Below are positions 1 to 9,297 of a DNA stretch of 64,000 nucleotides, one piece after another. The notes below the pieces were generated by a model, which was not told the origin of the DNA, did not search any database, and was given only the letters and a program-made list of their open reading frames with translations. The translations under genes were made by a program, and so were the position numbers. Origin of the DNA: a virus (taxonomy: Duplodnaviria > Heunggongvirae > Uroviricota > Caudoviricetes); IMG/VR virus record IMGVR_UViG_3300037067_005176, positions 61,081 to 125,080 of that record. One strand, given 5' to 3'. Every line of letters starts with the position of its first letter. Positions within the stretch are counted from its first letter, which is position 1.

Positions 1-700
1 CTCCATTAAATTCTATAGCTCGTTTAGTTTTATGTAATGAAATATCCAACTCTTTTCTATTTAATACAGTTTTATCATTGTGAACCAAATCTGGGAAATA
101 TAACAGTAATTCGTTATATAATTCAGTTTCAATTTTTGATGATGTCCTGGCGCATAATCTACATCTATAGCCTGATGAATGTGATTTTGCGTTCTGAATA
201 AAATCTCCGTGGATAGGGCATGTAATAATTATAGCATTTGACGAATTTATATAAACTGTTTTATCATATTGATAAAAGTTATTATGAATTGTCTTGCATT
301 TTGTTATAAATTCATTTTGTGTCATTCTTGATGATTCAATTGAACACTTATTACACCCTTTACCAATTAAATGGTCGCCAGCTTTTTGAAAGAATACGCC
401 ATGAATAGGACATATAATTTCAACTTTATCCGAAAATGTTAAATATTTAGATTTTGAATAATCATATTTTAAATTATGCTTTATATTTGATCTTCTAATA
501 AATTCATCGTTAGTCAATTTTGAGCTGCTGCAACAATTTGAACAACCTCGTCCAAGTAAATGTTTTACCGGCGATTGGTAAAAATATGTATTACATTTAT
601 TACAATAGATTTTAACTTTAGTTAATCTATTTTTATATTCAACAGAATCATATGAATATGTTAGGCCATGTATTTTTAAAGATTTTTCTATAAATGACAT
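1..700 (-). CDS. Putative homing endonuclease (3 Cys/His Zn-binding repeats, DUF723-like, plus PD-(D/E)XK nuclease); runs off the window start and is absent from the ORF track
   Basis: Manual translation from ATG 700 (SD GGAG): MSFIEKSLKIHG...CPIHGVFFQKAGDHLIGKGCNKC...CPIHGDFIQNAKSHSSGYRCRLC...KELDISLHKTKRAIEFNG. Same architecture as 29941..30939. Confidence 0.8.
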   Translation of the reverse strand, partial: MSFIEKSLKIHGLTYSYDSVEYKNRLTKVKIYCNKCNTYFYQSPVKHLLGRGCSNCCSSSKLTNDEFIRRSNIKHNLKYDYSKSKYLTFSDKVEIICPIHGVFFQKAGDHLIGKGCNKCSIESSRMTQNEFITKCKTIHNNFYQYDKTVYINSSNAIIITCPIHGDFIQNAKSHSSGYRCRLCARTSSKIETELYNELLLYFPDLVHNDKTVLNRKELDISLHKTKRAIEFNG

Positions 701-730
701 AATATCTCCTGCATTTTAACTTTTGATTAA

Positions 731-799
731 AGAGGAACTGCCAGATTCCTCTGCATTATATTTATAAAACAGTAAGAGGAATCTTGGAGCAGATTCCTC
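731..799 (-). promoter_or_regulatory. Hairpin / late promoter (TATAAATA at 759-766) / hairpin cassette upstream of the HEG
   Basis: Stems GAGGAATCT/AGATTCCTC (776-799) and AGAGGAA/TTCCTCT (731-752) flank a T4 late-promoter consensus. Confidence 0.6.
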
Positions 800-829
800 G
801 AATGGCTGGTACCATTATGTCCTGTTAAA

Positions 830-2089
830 TTAAAGGAATGGAAAAATAAATTTATCAACATACTCTTTAGATTCTAAGTAACGGCCTTCAGTAACTAGCT
901 TTTTATATTGTTCATCGATTATCTTATTATAATTGTCTGGTTCACAATACTTATCAAACATTCTATCAATGTCATCAACAGTACAATCATCTTTAAGTTT
1001 TAAAGGATTGTTATCGTAAGGACTTGGTTTGCCATTTGTAAACACTGTACCGATCGCTGCTACTCCAGTTGCATATAATTCAATTGCTTTAATGTCAGAT
1101 TTTCCATGATTAAAATTATTTGGAACTAAAGGCATAATACCAAAATCTGGTCTCATGTTTATTACTGTGTTATGATAATTAAATGAATCAACCCAATTGA
1201 TTACTGTAATTTTGTTCTTAATTGGTTCAAAGAACCAAGGAAGCCCACCAAGACAAATAAAATCAATCCTATTTTCATTTACAGACTTGATAACCCAGTC
1301 CAACCATGCATTACCAAAATCGCCTGGCTTCTTTACAGGATTTCCTGGATAACCTTGTGGCTCCTGAGGAGAAACTGGACGAGGAGGAACAGGATTCATA
1401 TAATGAGTTGGTGAACCTGTATAAATTACACGAGGCTTAGCCAACTTTTGTTTAATTGGTGCACGGCGTCTATTTCCCCAGAAATAAGCAGGCACGGCAT
1501 TAGGAACAACTACAACATCCTTAATACCGAAATTTGTTTTAATATAATCTGCAAGGAACTGAGTAGATACGGTTACAGTATCCATAAGTTTCATTACTTC
1601 AATTGAACAATCTACAATTTCTTTCGTGATGCCGTGAGAACCGAAATTGTAAGAAGGAACGCCATCATCAATGCTACCACCTTGTTCTTCATTTCTACCC
1701 CACACAAAATCATCCATGTCCCAAACCATTTTATACTTGTACTGAGGTTGCAATTCCTTGTACTTCTTAATAATATCAAGATGCATTGGAGACATTTGAC
1801 GTTGGAAAAATATTGCACGAGTTCTTAAAAGAATATCATGCTGCCAAATAAAAATAGGACTTACCATAGTCATCAACTGACCAGTCTTTGCATAGACAGA
1901 ATTTACATAAGTCATTGGAAAAATTTGCCTGACGTGGCCACAGCCTGCAGCATCGCTAACATATCCCAACAATAAGTTCTTCTGTATTTGAACTACTTGT
2001 TGATTCTTCTTAGGAACCTCAATTGTTGATTTATCATCAATTGTTTGTCCATTTAATTGTTTTTCAAACTCTTCTAAATCACTAGCCAT
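830..2089 (-). CDS. Glycosyltransferase (GT-B/GT4-like, phage type)
   Basis: Motifs WDMDDF, TVSTQFLADY, VVPNA and DFGIMPL...FNHGKSDIKAIE. Start refined to ATG 2089 (SD GAGG). Confidence 0.7.
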   Translation of the reverse strand: MASDLEEFEKQLNGQTIDDKSTIEVPKKNQQVVQIQKNLLLGYVSDAAGCGHVRQIFPMTYVNSVYAKTGQLMTMVSPIFIWQHDILLRTRAIFFQRQMSPMHLDIIKKYKELQPQYKYKMVWDMDDFVWGRNEEQGGSIDDGVPSYNFGSHGITKEIVDCSIEVMKLMDTVTVSTQFLADYIKTNFGIKDVVVVPNAVPAYFWGNRRRAPIKQKLAKPRVIYTGSPTHYMNPVPPRPVSPQEPQGYPGNPVKKPGDFGNAWLDWVIKSVNENRIDFICLGGLPWFFEPIKNKITVINWVDSFNYHNTVINMRPDFGIMPLVPNNFNHGKSDIKAIELYATGVAAIGTVFTNGKPSPYDNNPLKLKDDCTVDDIDRMFDKYCEPDNYNKIIDEQYKKLVTEGRYLESKEYVDKFIFPFL

Positions 2090-2838
2090 TATTTGCCTCT
2101 TCAATTATACACCAACCGTTTATTTTTTGTTTTAAATATCTTCTAAAAACTTTTGCAGATCCTTCAAATCCCAGCTTATTTTTAGCGTATTCATATCCAT
2201 ATTTCAAAGTATCAAATTTAATATTATTTATATTACATTTTTACCGAATTTTGATTTAACCCACCTTTAGATTTCGAATGAAAGGCATTATTATGTTCTT
2301 TCGATAATTTATTTCCAAACATTGAATTTTTAAAACCGCATTGCGGATTCAAACGATGTGCATCACTCATCTTTTTTCTAGTTTCGGCACTTATGCCAAG
2401 TTTCCTACGTTCAACCCAAGCAAGCTTTATTTTTTCTTTTGATTCATTGGAGTGTTTCTTTCCAAAAAATGAATTAAATTTTCCTTTTCCTGAAGGATTA
2501 TTTTCACCTTTCATTTGATTTGATCTTTCAGTTTTTAAAATCTCATATTGCTTTGAACTTATTTTGAAATTTCTTTCTTGATAAGTTCTCTTTTGATAAA
2601 CCATTTTGTGATAGGCCATGAATAACGACTGGTTTTCTTTATTAACTTTCCAAAGCAACCAATGACATAAATAATGTTCGCGACCTGTAAGAAGAACTAA
2701 ATTATCTTTGATATTTGTCCCATTCATACATTTAGGAATAATGTGGTGATTTTCAAAATATCCATTAAGAAGCTTCTTGTTCAAGCCTCTTGATTTGGCT
2801 CTTTCAATTATATCATTATATATTCTTTGGTAATTCAT
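2082..2838 (-). pseudogene. HNH homing endonuclease with NUMOD3-like repeats, broken by an apparent +1 frameshift at 2238-2242
   Basis: HHIIPKC..G.N..DNLVLLT.REHYLCH motif. Removing one A restores SVKCNINNIKFDTLKYGYEY, matching SAVKCSIKDINFDTLDDAVEY in paralog 45230. Confidence 0.7.
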
Positions 2839-2932
2839 ATTTTATGCTTTAATTTTACAATAAATTTTGATTTATCAGCTTTCTATTTTATAATAATATG
2901 AGGTAATATATTTCAAATACGACTATAATTTA

Positions 2933-3988
2933 TCAATTTGCGCTCTTGCAATTATTATAAACTTCAACCAATAATGCATAAATTTTATCTTTATTATCTA
3001 TTGCTGAAATTGATTGAACATATTCCTTAAATAATTCTAAGATTGATTGTTGCTTAAATTCGATCTCGCCTTCAGTCTTTAAATTATTTTCAATTTTTAA
3101 ATTTGGAGCGAATGCTGGTTGAAGTTTCTCAATATCATTTAGATATTTTTGAACTGCATCCTCATCATACTTTTCATCATAAACTACATGAACATCAACA
3201 ACGTTTCCTTTGATATCTTTTTCTGTAAACGCATTAGGATAGTTTATTGCAACATATCTTAAAGATTCAGTGTTTGTAACAAACTCATAAGAAAGATCTT
3301 CTAAATTTAAAATACAAAATCCACGATCTTCATTTATATCGTGTCTTGTTAAATGAAACGGATTTCCAATGTATTGAATTACGGAATTTCCAAATGTCTT
3401 TTTACTTCTATGATGAAAGTGCCCTGAGAATGTTAAAGCATAATTCTCGAAAAGAACTTGGGCGGGTAATCCAATTGAACACGCGTCTGATCTTGGGTTT
3501 GACATTTTAAATCCAACAACTTCAAGATGACCCATACAAACATCACAATGAATATTTTTATTTGCAACACGAGTTCTAAAATCTAAATTATCAACTTGCC
3601 AAGGAACTAGAAGAATTTTCTTTTCTTCAATAGTTAATAATTCAACATCTTCATATACTGTAACATTTTCAAATAAGTTTAAAAACTTTAAAGAATTGAC
3701 ACTTACAGTTGTCTTATAAAAAATATCATGATTACCACAAATCACATGGATTTTAAATGGTCTTAAGTGTTCATCAAATAATTTAAAAACCTCATTATAC
3801 ACATAAACGTTCATGGCTTGTCTGTTATCAAACAAGTCGCCTAACATAAAAATCGTATCAATTCCATTTTCGATTAAGTAAGGGACAAATTGATTTTTAA
3901 AAAACGCAATCTGTGACTTTAAAAATATAGGAGAGCTCTTATGTACACCCCAATGAATGTCAGTAATTAAAGCCACCTTTTTACTCAT
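2933..3988 (-). CDS. gp47: Recombination endonuclease subunit (Mre11/SbcD-like)
   Basis: Metallophosphoesterase motifs DIHWG, GDLFD, GNHD, GHLE, SGHFH; linked to gp46. Confidence 0.93.
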   Translation of the reverse strand: MSKKVALITDIHWGVHKSSPIFLKSQIAFFKNQFVPYLIENGIDTIFMLGDLFDNRQAMNVYVYNEVFKLFDEHLRPFKIHVICGNHDIFYKTTVSVNSLKFLNLFENVTVYEDVELLTIEEKKILLVPWQVDNLDFRTRVANKNIHCDVCMGHLEVVGFKMSNPRSDACSIGLPAQVLFENYALTFSGHFHHRSKKTFGNSVIQYIGNPFHLTRHDINEDRGFCILNLEDLSYEFVTNTESLRYVAINYPNAFTEKDIKGNVVDVHVVYDEKYDEDAVQKYLNDIEKLQPAFAPNLKIENNLKTEGEIEFKQQSILELFKEYVQSISAIDNKDKIYALLVEVYNNCKSAN

Positions 3989-4175
3989 GCTAACCTCAAT
4001 AATTTATGTAATGCGTTTCTAGATATATTCAGCTTCTTCATCGCTTCAATGTGGCTACCAAATTTAATATTTTTAATAATACATATTTTAGATCTTGGGT
4101 GATTCCCTCCAGAAAAATCTGCGTGATTTAAAGATATTTTTTGTCGCCATTCATTATATGCGAATTTTTCATTTA
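3985..4175 (-). pseudogene. Relic C-terminal fragment of a homing endonuclease (NUMOD3/NUMOD1-like)
   Basis: Frame without a start codon: EWRQKISLNHADFSGGNHPRSKICIIKNIKFGSHIEAMKKLNISRNALHKLLRLA*. Confidence 0.6.
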
Positions 4176-4739
4176 CTATTCTAACCCATTATCATATTCC
4201 TGAACAGCATCTAAATTTTCAATATAATTTATAGATTGATACTTTTCATCATGTTTCTTTTTCTCATTAAGATAAGCAATAAATGCATTAAATGCCGCTT
4301 GTGTAAAATATGAAAAAGGATTTTTTCGTCTACAATCAAAACGGTCTGCGTATCTCAACATAACATATAAAGCATCTGAAATCATTTCATCACGATCTCG
4401 TGAAGGATACCTTATAAATTGCGGAGTTTTAATTCGTCCATTTGAAATTGCCCAAAATGTTTTACCAATTGATTGTTTTAAAAACTCAATTCGTTTTAGG
4501 CGATTTTCATTTTCTTCGGGTGTGAGAGCTTTAATTTTTTCAATCTTATCTTTCATGAACTGAGTTTTGTATTCATAAAAATCTAACCCGGCTGCATATT
4601 TTTCCGGAGTAAGTTTTCCGTTTTTATACTTAACTTTTAATTTAAGTAAATATTGTTCTAACCATTGTCCTTGATCATCATTGTTCATTTGATATTCATT
4701 AAGGGCTTCCCAAAAATCCGAATTCTTTACATAATGCAT
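4176..4739 (-). CDS. gp55: Late-transcription sigma factor
   Basis: HYVKNSDF, EMISDAL and NPFSYFTQAAFNAF match T4 gp55 NYVNNKEL / EMIADG / NPHAYITQACFNAF. Confidence 0.88.
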   Translation of the reverse strand: MHYVKNSDFWEALNEYQMNNDDQGQWLEQYLLKLKVKYKNGKLTPEKYAAGLDFYEYKTQFMKDKIEKIKALTPEENENRLKRIEFLKQSIGKTFWAISNGRIKTPQFIRYPSRDRDEMISDALYVMLRYADRFDCRRKNPFSYFTQAAFNAFIAYLNEKKKHDEKYQSINYIENLDAVQEYDNGLE

Positions 4740-4769
4740 TTATACCTCTTCAAAACTTATATTACAAAT

Positions 4770-6539
4770 TTATTCAATTTCTTCGTTAATGTCAATATTT
4801 TCATCAACAATTTTTGAAAAACTTCCTACTTTTTCAATCGCTATTTTATGATCCCACACCGCATCTTCTTGAAGTTTATGAGAGATTAAGTATATGCATA
4901 AATCGGTTGAACTAAATGTCATTGATTTTAATGAATGAATGATTTTTTCAAGACCATCAGTATCCATTCCTGAGTCTAATAATTCATCAATAAAGAAAAT
5001 GTTTGATTGCCAATTGGAAATTGTTCTTGCTGTATCGAAAAACGCAAACTGAATTGATAAATCAATTCTTTTCTTTTCACCTTCAGAAAAGGACATATAT
5101 GAAATTTCATTAAATATCCTTGATGAAATATTTTCTTCCATAAGTTCATTAAATTTAACAATCACAGGTAATTCGAATCTATCTAAATAGCAATTGATCC
5201 TTGAATTTAAAATAGGTATAAGCTTTTTGAAGAAATGCGACTTAATTCCATTGTCAGACAAAATGGTTAAAAGCACTTCATTATTTTTAATGATATTTGT
5301 TAACTCAGCATTTTCTTTAAACAACTTTCTATATTTTGCAACTTGAATATCCATTTCATTCTTTGTAGGTTCAATCTCAATCACTTGAACTTTATTTTGA
5401 ACAAGAACAAGCCTATTATTTAATTTCTTTAATTCATTTTGAAGAAGATCAAACTTATCCTCAGCTTTTTCTATTACAGATTCAATTTTAGATTTTCTTT
5501 CTTTATTAGTTTCAGCATGTTTAAGTTTTTTATCTTCTTCATGTTTTGATAATTCTAATAAATGAATTTCCTTTTCAAGTCCTTTCATTTCAGACTTTGC
5601 TTTTGTAGTATGTTCTTTTGCATGCTTTTCAGTTAAAACTATTCCACATACAGGACAATTTGTATTTCCTGAAAGAAGATCAAAGAAGTTTTTCTTTTCA
5701 GATAACTTATATTGAAGCACTGCAATTTTATCGGAAAAATCTTTTATTTTTCCACGAATTTCATAAATGTTTACAATCTCTAATTGAGATAAAGCAGTTT
5801 TACCAAAGTCAATGTTTTCGTTTGTTTTTAAAATAAGCTGATCATATTTTTCAATTTCATTTGTAATATCAATGATTTCATCGGATTTGTCTTTTTCAAA
5901 ATTTGAGACAGCATGTTGCAAATCACGATACCGTTTTTTGATTGATGAAATATTCGTTTCCATCATTGTGAGTTGTTTACTGTTAATTTGAGATTGTGTT
6001 TTGTGAATTGCTTGTTGCTTTTTGATTTCTTTTGACATAATGCCAAAAACATCTACATTAAATATGGATTCAATTACTTCACGTTTCTCATATTGTGACA
6101 TTGTTAAATAAGGTTTATTGTAATTGACGGAAAGGCATATAATTTGTCTGAAAAGATTATGATTGACACCAAGGATTTTATCAATTTCTTCTTGAATAAG
6201 TTTTTTTGATGAAAGTAAATCAAGTTCAGAACCATTTTTGAAGATTCTTAAGATGTCTGGTTTAAGACCTCTTTCAATTTTATATGAATTAATTCCAATT
6301 TCGAATTGTGATTCAGTCCAAAGATTTGCTTTATTTACTCTATTAATTAATTCAATATTTTTTACTTTGCGATAAGGAACTCCATATAGATTGTAAGAAA
6401 GAGCATCGATGATTGACGATTTTCCTTGACCATTTTTTCCGGAAATATTTGAGAGACCATTTTTAAAATTAATTCGAACTACTTTATTTCCAAATGAAAT
6501 AAGATTTTTAAACTTGATATAATCAAACTTTATAAACAT
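4770..6539 (-). CDS. gp46: Recombination endonuclease ATPase subunit (Rad50/SbcC-like)
   Basis: Walker A GKNGQGKS, Zn-hook CPVC, signature SFSEGEKKR, Walker B FIDE, coiled coils. Confidence 0.95.
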   Translation of the reverse strand: MFIKFDYIKFKNLISFGNKVVRINFKNGLSNISGKNGQGKSSIIDALSYNLYGVPYRKVKNIELINRVNKANLWTESQFEIGINSYKIERGLKPDILRIFKNGSELDLLSSKKLIQEEIDKILGVNHNLFRQIICLSVNYNKPYLTMSQYEKREVIESIFNVDVFGIMSKEIKKQQAIHKTQSQINSKQLTMMETNISSIKKRYRDLQHAVSNFEKDKSDEIIDITNEIEKYDQLILKTNENIDFGKTALSQLEIVNIYEIRGKIKDFSDKIAVLQYKLSEKKNFFDLLSGNTNCPVCGIVLTEKHAKEHTTKAKSEMKGLEKEIHLLELSKHEEDKKLKHAETNKERKSKIESVIEKAEDKFDLLQNELKKLNNRLVLVQNKVQVIEIEPTKNEMDIQVAKYRKLFKENAELTNIIKNNEVLLTILSDNGIKSHFFKKLIPILNSRINCYLDRFELPVIVKFNELMEENISSRIFNEISYMSFSEGEKKRIDLSIQFAFFDTARTISNWQSNIFFIDELLDSGMDTDGLEKIIHSLKSMTFSSTDLCIYLISHKLQEDAVWDHKIAIEKVGSFSKIVDENIDINEEIE

Positions 6540-6569
6540 TTATACCTCAATAAACCTATTTCAATATAA

Positions 6570-6577
6570 TATTTATA
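6570..6577 (-). promoter_or_regulatory. Late-promoter consensus upstream of gp46-gp55-gp47
   Basis: TATAAATA about 30 nt upstream of the gp46 ATG. The 8-mer is also common by chance in AT-rich DNA. Confidence 0.4.
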
Positions 6578-6585
6578 TAGAATGA

Positions 6586-7000
6586 ACAGACGAAGTCTGT
6601 GCCGAAGGCAATGTTTATAAAGTATAATTAGTTATTAGAAAATATATAATTGATTGAATCGAGCAAGCTCGATCTCGTGTCCCTATCGGTCCAACGAGAA
6701 TTTTGATTTTTATAGAATTTAAATTTGCACTATTTGACCTTGTAAAATGCTTGAAAAATATTTTAGATCTTACGATCAAGGCGGTCACTCTGTACCTATT
6801 CAAATATTATTCTAACACTTTCAAAAGCGGCGGTCAACGAAGGATTCTTCGTTATCATTCAGATGTTTCGTTTATGTGTAACATCATTTAAAACACGGAT
6901 CGCATATTATTCAGTTTAACTCCTCTGCTTTCCGACGTGAGAACTGTACACAACCACTACCAGATTTAAAATATGCAAATCCGGCGAAATATTTTGAAAA
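6586..7000. other. Hairpin-rich non-coding region (candidate structured ncRNA or replication origin)
   Basis: At least 7 stems, e.g. ACAGAC-GAA-GTCTGT 6586-6600, ATCGAG-CAAG-CTCGAT 6658-6673, AACGAAG-GATT-CTTCGTT 6836-6853. No convincing ORF. Confidence 0.5.
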
Positions 7001-7051
7001 TATATATTAATCATCTTTCACAAAACAATGGAAAACCTCTAAAATATTTTT

Positions 7052-7240
7052 TTAAAATCTTCCCTTTTGTTTCGCACTCTTCTTCGTTAAACGTAAAACA
7101 TATGCTTGTGCATCTTTATAATTATCAACGAAATCTATAACTTGAATAACATTACTTTTTCTGTATTCAAATTCTTTACGACCGATTGACTTATATGTAC
7201 CATCAACCATTTTACATATTATACACTGTTCAATTTTCAT
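7052..7240 (-). CDS. Hypothetical protein (62 aa)
   Basis: ATG 7240 with strong SD AAGGAG, downstream of TATAAATA. Confidence 0.65.
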   Translation of the reverse strand: MKIEQCIICKMVDGTYKSIGRKEFEYRKSNVIQVIDFVDNYKDAQAYVLRLTKKSAKQKGRF

Positions 7241-7260
7241 ATTAACTCCTTTCAATGTTA

Positions 7261-7274
7261 TATAAATATTTATA
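7261..7274. promoter_or_regulatory. Palindromic bidirectional late-promoter consensus TATAAATATTTATA
   Basis: Perfect 14-bp palindrome giving TATAAATA on both strands between divergent genes. Confidence 0.55.
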
Positions 7275-7314
7275 GAACAAGACCAATGTATATAACGAAT
7301 TGATGAGGTCAATA

Positions 7315-7731
7315 ATGAAGCCTGAAGATTTTGAAATACTTAAAAAAGTTTCTGAAAAGGAAATTCGTTTTGCTAACGATTTGGAATCAGCGATGAAAGT
7401 TTCTGCAAATATTCCGAACTTGTATATGCGCTATTTAGACATATACACTATTGAATTTAGAGACCTTAATAAACTTCGTGCAAAGATGGAAAAAAGATTC
7501 GGCGAGTTAATGGAAAAGTATAAAATTGATAGCGATGTAGCATGGAAAAACGAATCTGAAATCAAGTCGCAGATTAATAGAGATGATAATTATTATAATA
7601 TGAAAATTGAGTATGCTCAACAAGAATATATAGTTAAGTATCTTGAAGAGTTACTTGGGAACATTAACAGAATGGGATATAGCATTAATGCTTTTATATC
7701 TCTTAAGAAATTACTAATGGGTATTCCATGA
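7315..7731 (+). CDS. uvsY: Recombination mediator protein
   Basis: Helical ~140 aa protein directly upstream of uvsW; KSEIKSQINRD and C-terminal GYSINAFISLKK resemble UvsY. SD GAGG. Confidence 0.75.
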   Translation: MKPEDFEILKKVSEKEIRFANDLESAMKVSANIPNLYMRYLDIYTIEFRDLNKLRAKMEKRFGELMEKYKIDSDVAWKNESEIKSQINRDDNYYNMKIEYAQQEYIVKYLEELLGNINRMGYSINAFISLKKLLMGIP

Positions 7732-9212
7732 TTATATTACATTGGCATGACGAAACTAGTTTTTTAGTTGAGTGTGAAATTGGTACTCATCTTGAAATTA
7801 AGGAACATATCTCGTGCTATGCGGCAAATTATAAATTCCATCCGAAATTTAAAATGCGAATATGGAATGGAAAGATTTCTTTTTATGATATAAGAAGTCA
7901 TTTATATCCTATTGGTTTATTACCTCAAATATATGAATGCGCAAAGAAATTCAATTATCAAGTTAAGTTAAATTTTGATATGAGTAAATTATCAAACATT
8001 ATTCCAGATGTTAATATTGATGAATTTGCTGAAAAGATTTTTAAAGCAAATTTTGTTCTTAGAGATTATCAATTTAATGCAATCAAAGCTTCTTTAGAAA
8101 GTAAAAGAGGTGTTTGTCTTTCATGCACTTCATCCGGTAAGTCTGCTATGATTTATACAATTTTCAGATATCTTATTGAGAGACTCGATAAAAAGAAAAC
8201 TATGTTAATTGTTCCTAATACTTCATTGGTGGAACAAATGTTTTCGGATTTCATTGATTATGGTTGGCTTGATATTAATAAGTATGTAACAAAGTTATAT
8301 GCAGGAAGAAAACCAGATTTTTCAAAGCCAATTCTTATCACAACATGGCAATCAATTTACAAGCAGTCTGAAAGTTTCTTTAAAGATTTTGATGCAGTTT
8401 TAATAGACGAGTGCCATAATGCAAAATCTATAAGTATTTCATCAGTTATGAAAAAGTGTAAAAACGCCGATTATCGTTTAGGTTTCACAGGAACTATGCC
8501 AACAGAAAAATCCGATGAAATGAATATCAAATCTTCATTAGGCCCTTTGATTTTTGAATTGAAATCTAAGGAATTAATAGACCGTGGAGTGATATCAATG
8601 ATTTATATAGCAAACATTTTGTTAAAATATCCTAATGAAGTTGTTGCTGTTCAAAAGGGACGATCATATCCTGAAGAAGTTAGATTTATTGAGACTTATA
8701 CAAATAGAAATAAAGCTTTTGATTTTGTTTTTAATCATATAAAAGATAAACAAAATACACTTATTCTTTGTAATCATTTGGATCATTTAAGTCAAATTAA
8801 CACATATTTAACAATGAATCTTGATAAAAAGTATATAATTTATATTATAAGTGGAGAGATAAAAACTCAGGAACGCGAAGACATTAGAAGATTGATGGAA
8901 AAAGGAGAAAATTTAATTCTTTTAGCATCTTATGGAACTATGTCGGCTGGAGTGAATATTAAAAGAATTCATAATATAATTTTTGCAAGTTCATCAAAGT
9001 CAAAAATTAGAGTTCTTCAATCAATAGGTCGTGGTTTAAGAAAGCATGAGTCTAAAGATTGTGTAGTGCTTTGGGATTTAGTGGATTGTTTGGATTATAA
9101 AACTAGAAATTCAACGGAAAAGTTCAATTATTCAATGCAACATTGGCATGAAAGGCTTGAATATTATAAAGATCAAGGGTTTATATACCATAACAAAGAG
9201 TTGAAAATATAA
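7728..9212 (+). CDS. uvsW: SF2 DNA helicase
   Basis: LRDYQ, TSSGKS, DECH, GFTGT, QSIGRGLR motifs. Confidence 0.93.
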   Translation: MIILHWHDETSFLVECEIGTHLEIKEHISCYAANYKFHPKFKMRIWNGKISFYDIRSHLYPIGLLPQIYECAKKFNYQVKLNFDMSKLSNIIPDVNIDEFAEKIFKANFVLRDYQFNAIKASLESKRGVCLSCTSSGKSAMIYTIFRYLIERLDKKKTMLIVPNTSLVEQMFSDFIDYGWLDINKYVTKLYAGRKPDFSKPILITTWQSIYKQSESFFKDFDAVLIDECHNAKSISISSVMKKCKNADYRLGFTGTMPTEKSDEMNIKSSLGPLIFELKSKELIDRGVISMIYIANILLKYPNEVVAVQKGRSYPEEVRFIETYTNRNKAFDFVFNHIKDKQNTLILCNHLDHLSQINTYLTMNLDKKYIIYIISGEIKTQEREDIRRLMEKGENLILLASYGTMSAGVNIKRIHNIIFASSSKSKIRVLQSIGRGLRKHESKDCVVLWDLVDCLDYKTRNSTEKFNYSMQHWHERLEYYKDQGFIYHNKELKI

Positions 9213-9297
9213 ATATTGTTGGGACAGAGGAGTCGACACCTTTTTCTTTGACCTACATTCAAAGAATTACCAGCATTATTCCTATGTAGGAGGCAAT
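9208..9297 (+). promoter_or_regulatory. Late promoter plus structured leader occluding the HEG Shine-Dalgarno
   Basis: TATAAATA at 9208-9215. Stem TCTTTGA/TCAAAGA (9245-9265) has loop CCTACAT, complementary to ATGTAGG (9284-9290), which overlaps SD AGGAGG. Confidence 0.55.

Noticed and set aside
6615-6891. 62-aa ORFs 6615..6803 (-) and 6703..6891 (+)
   Set aside because: No SD, atypical composition, and they overlap the hairpin cluster.
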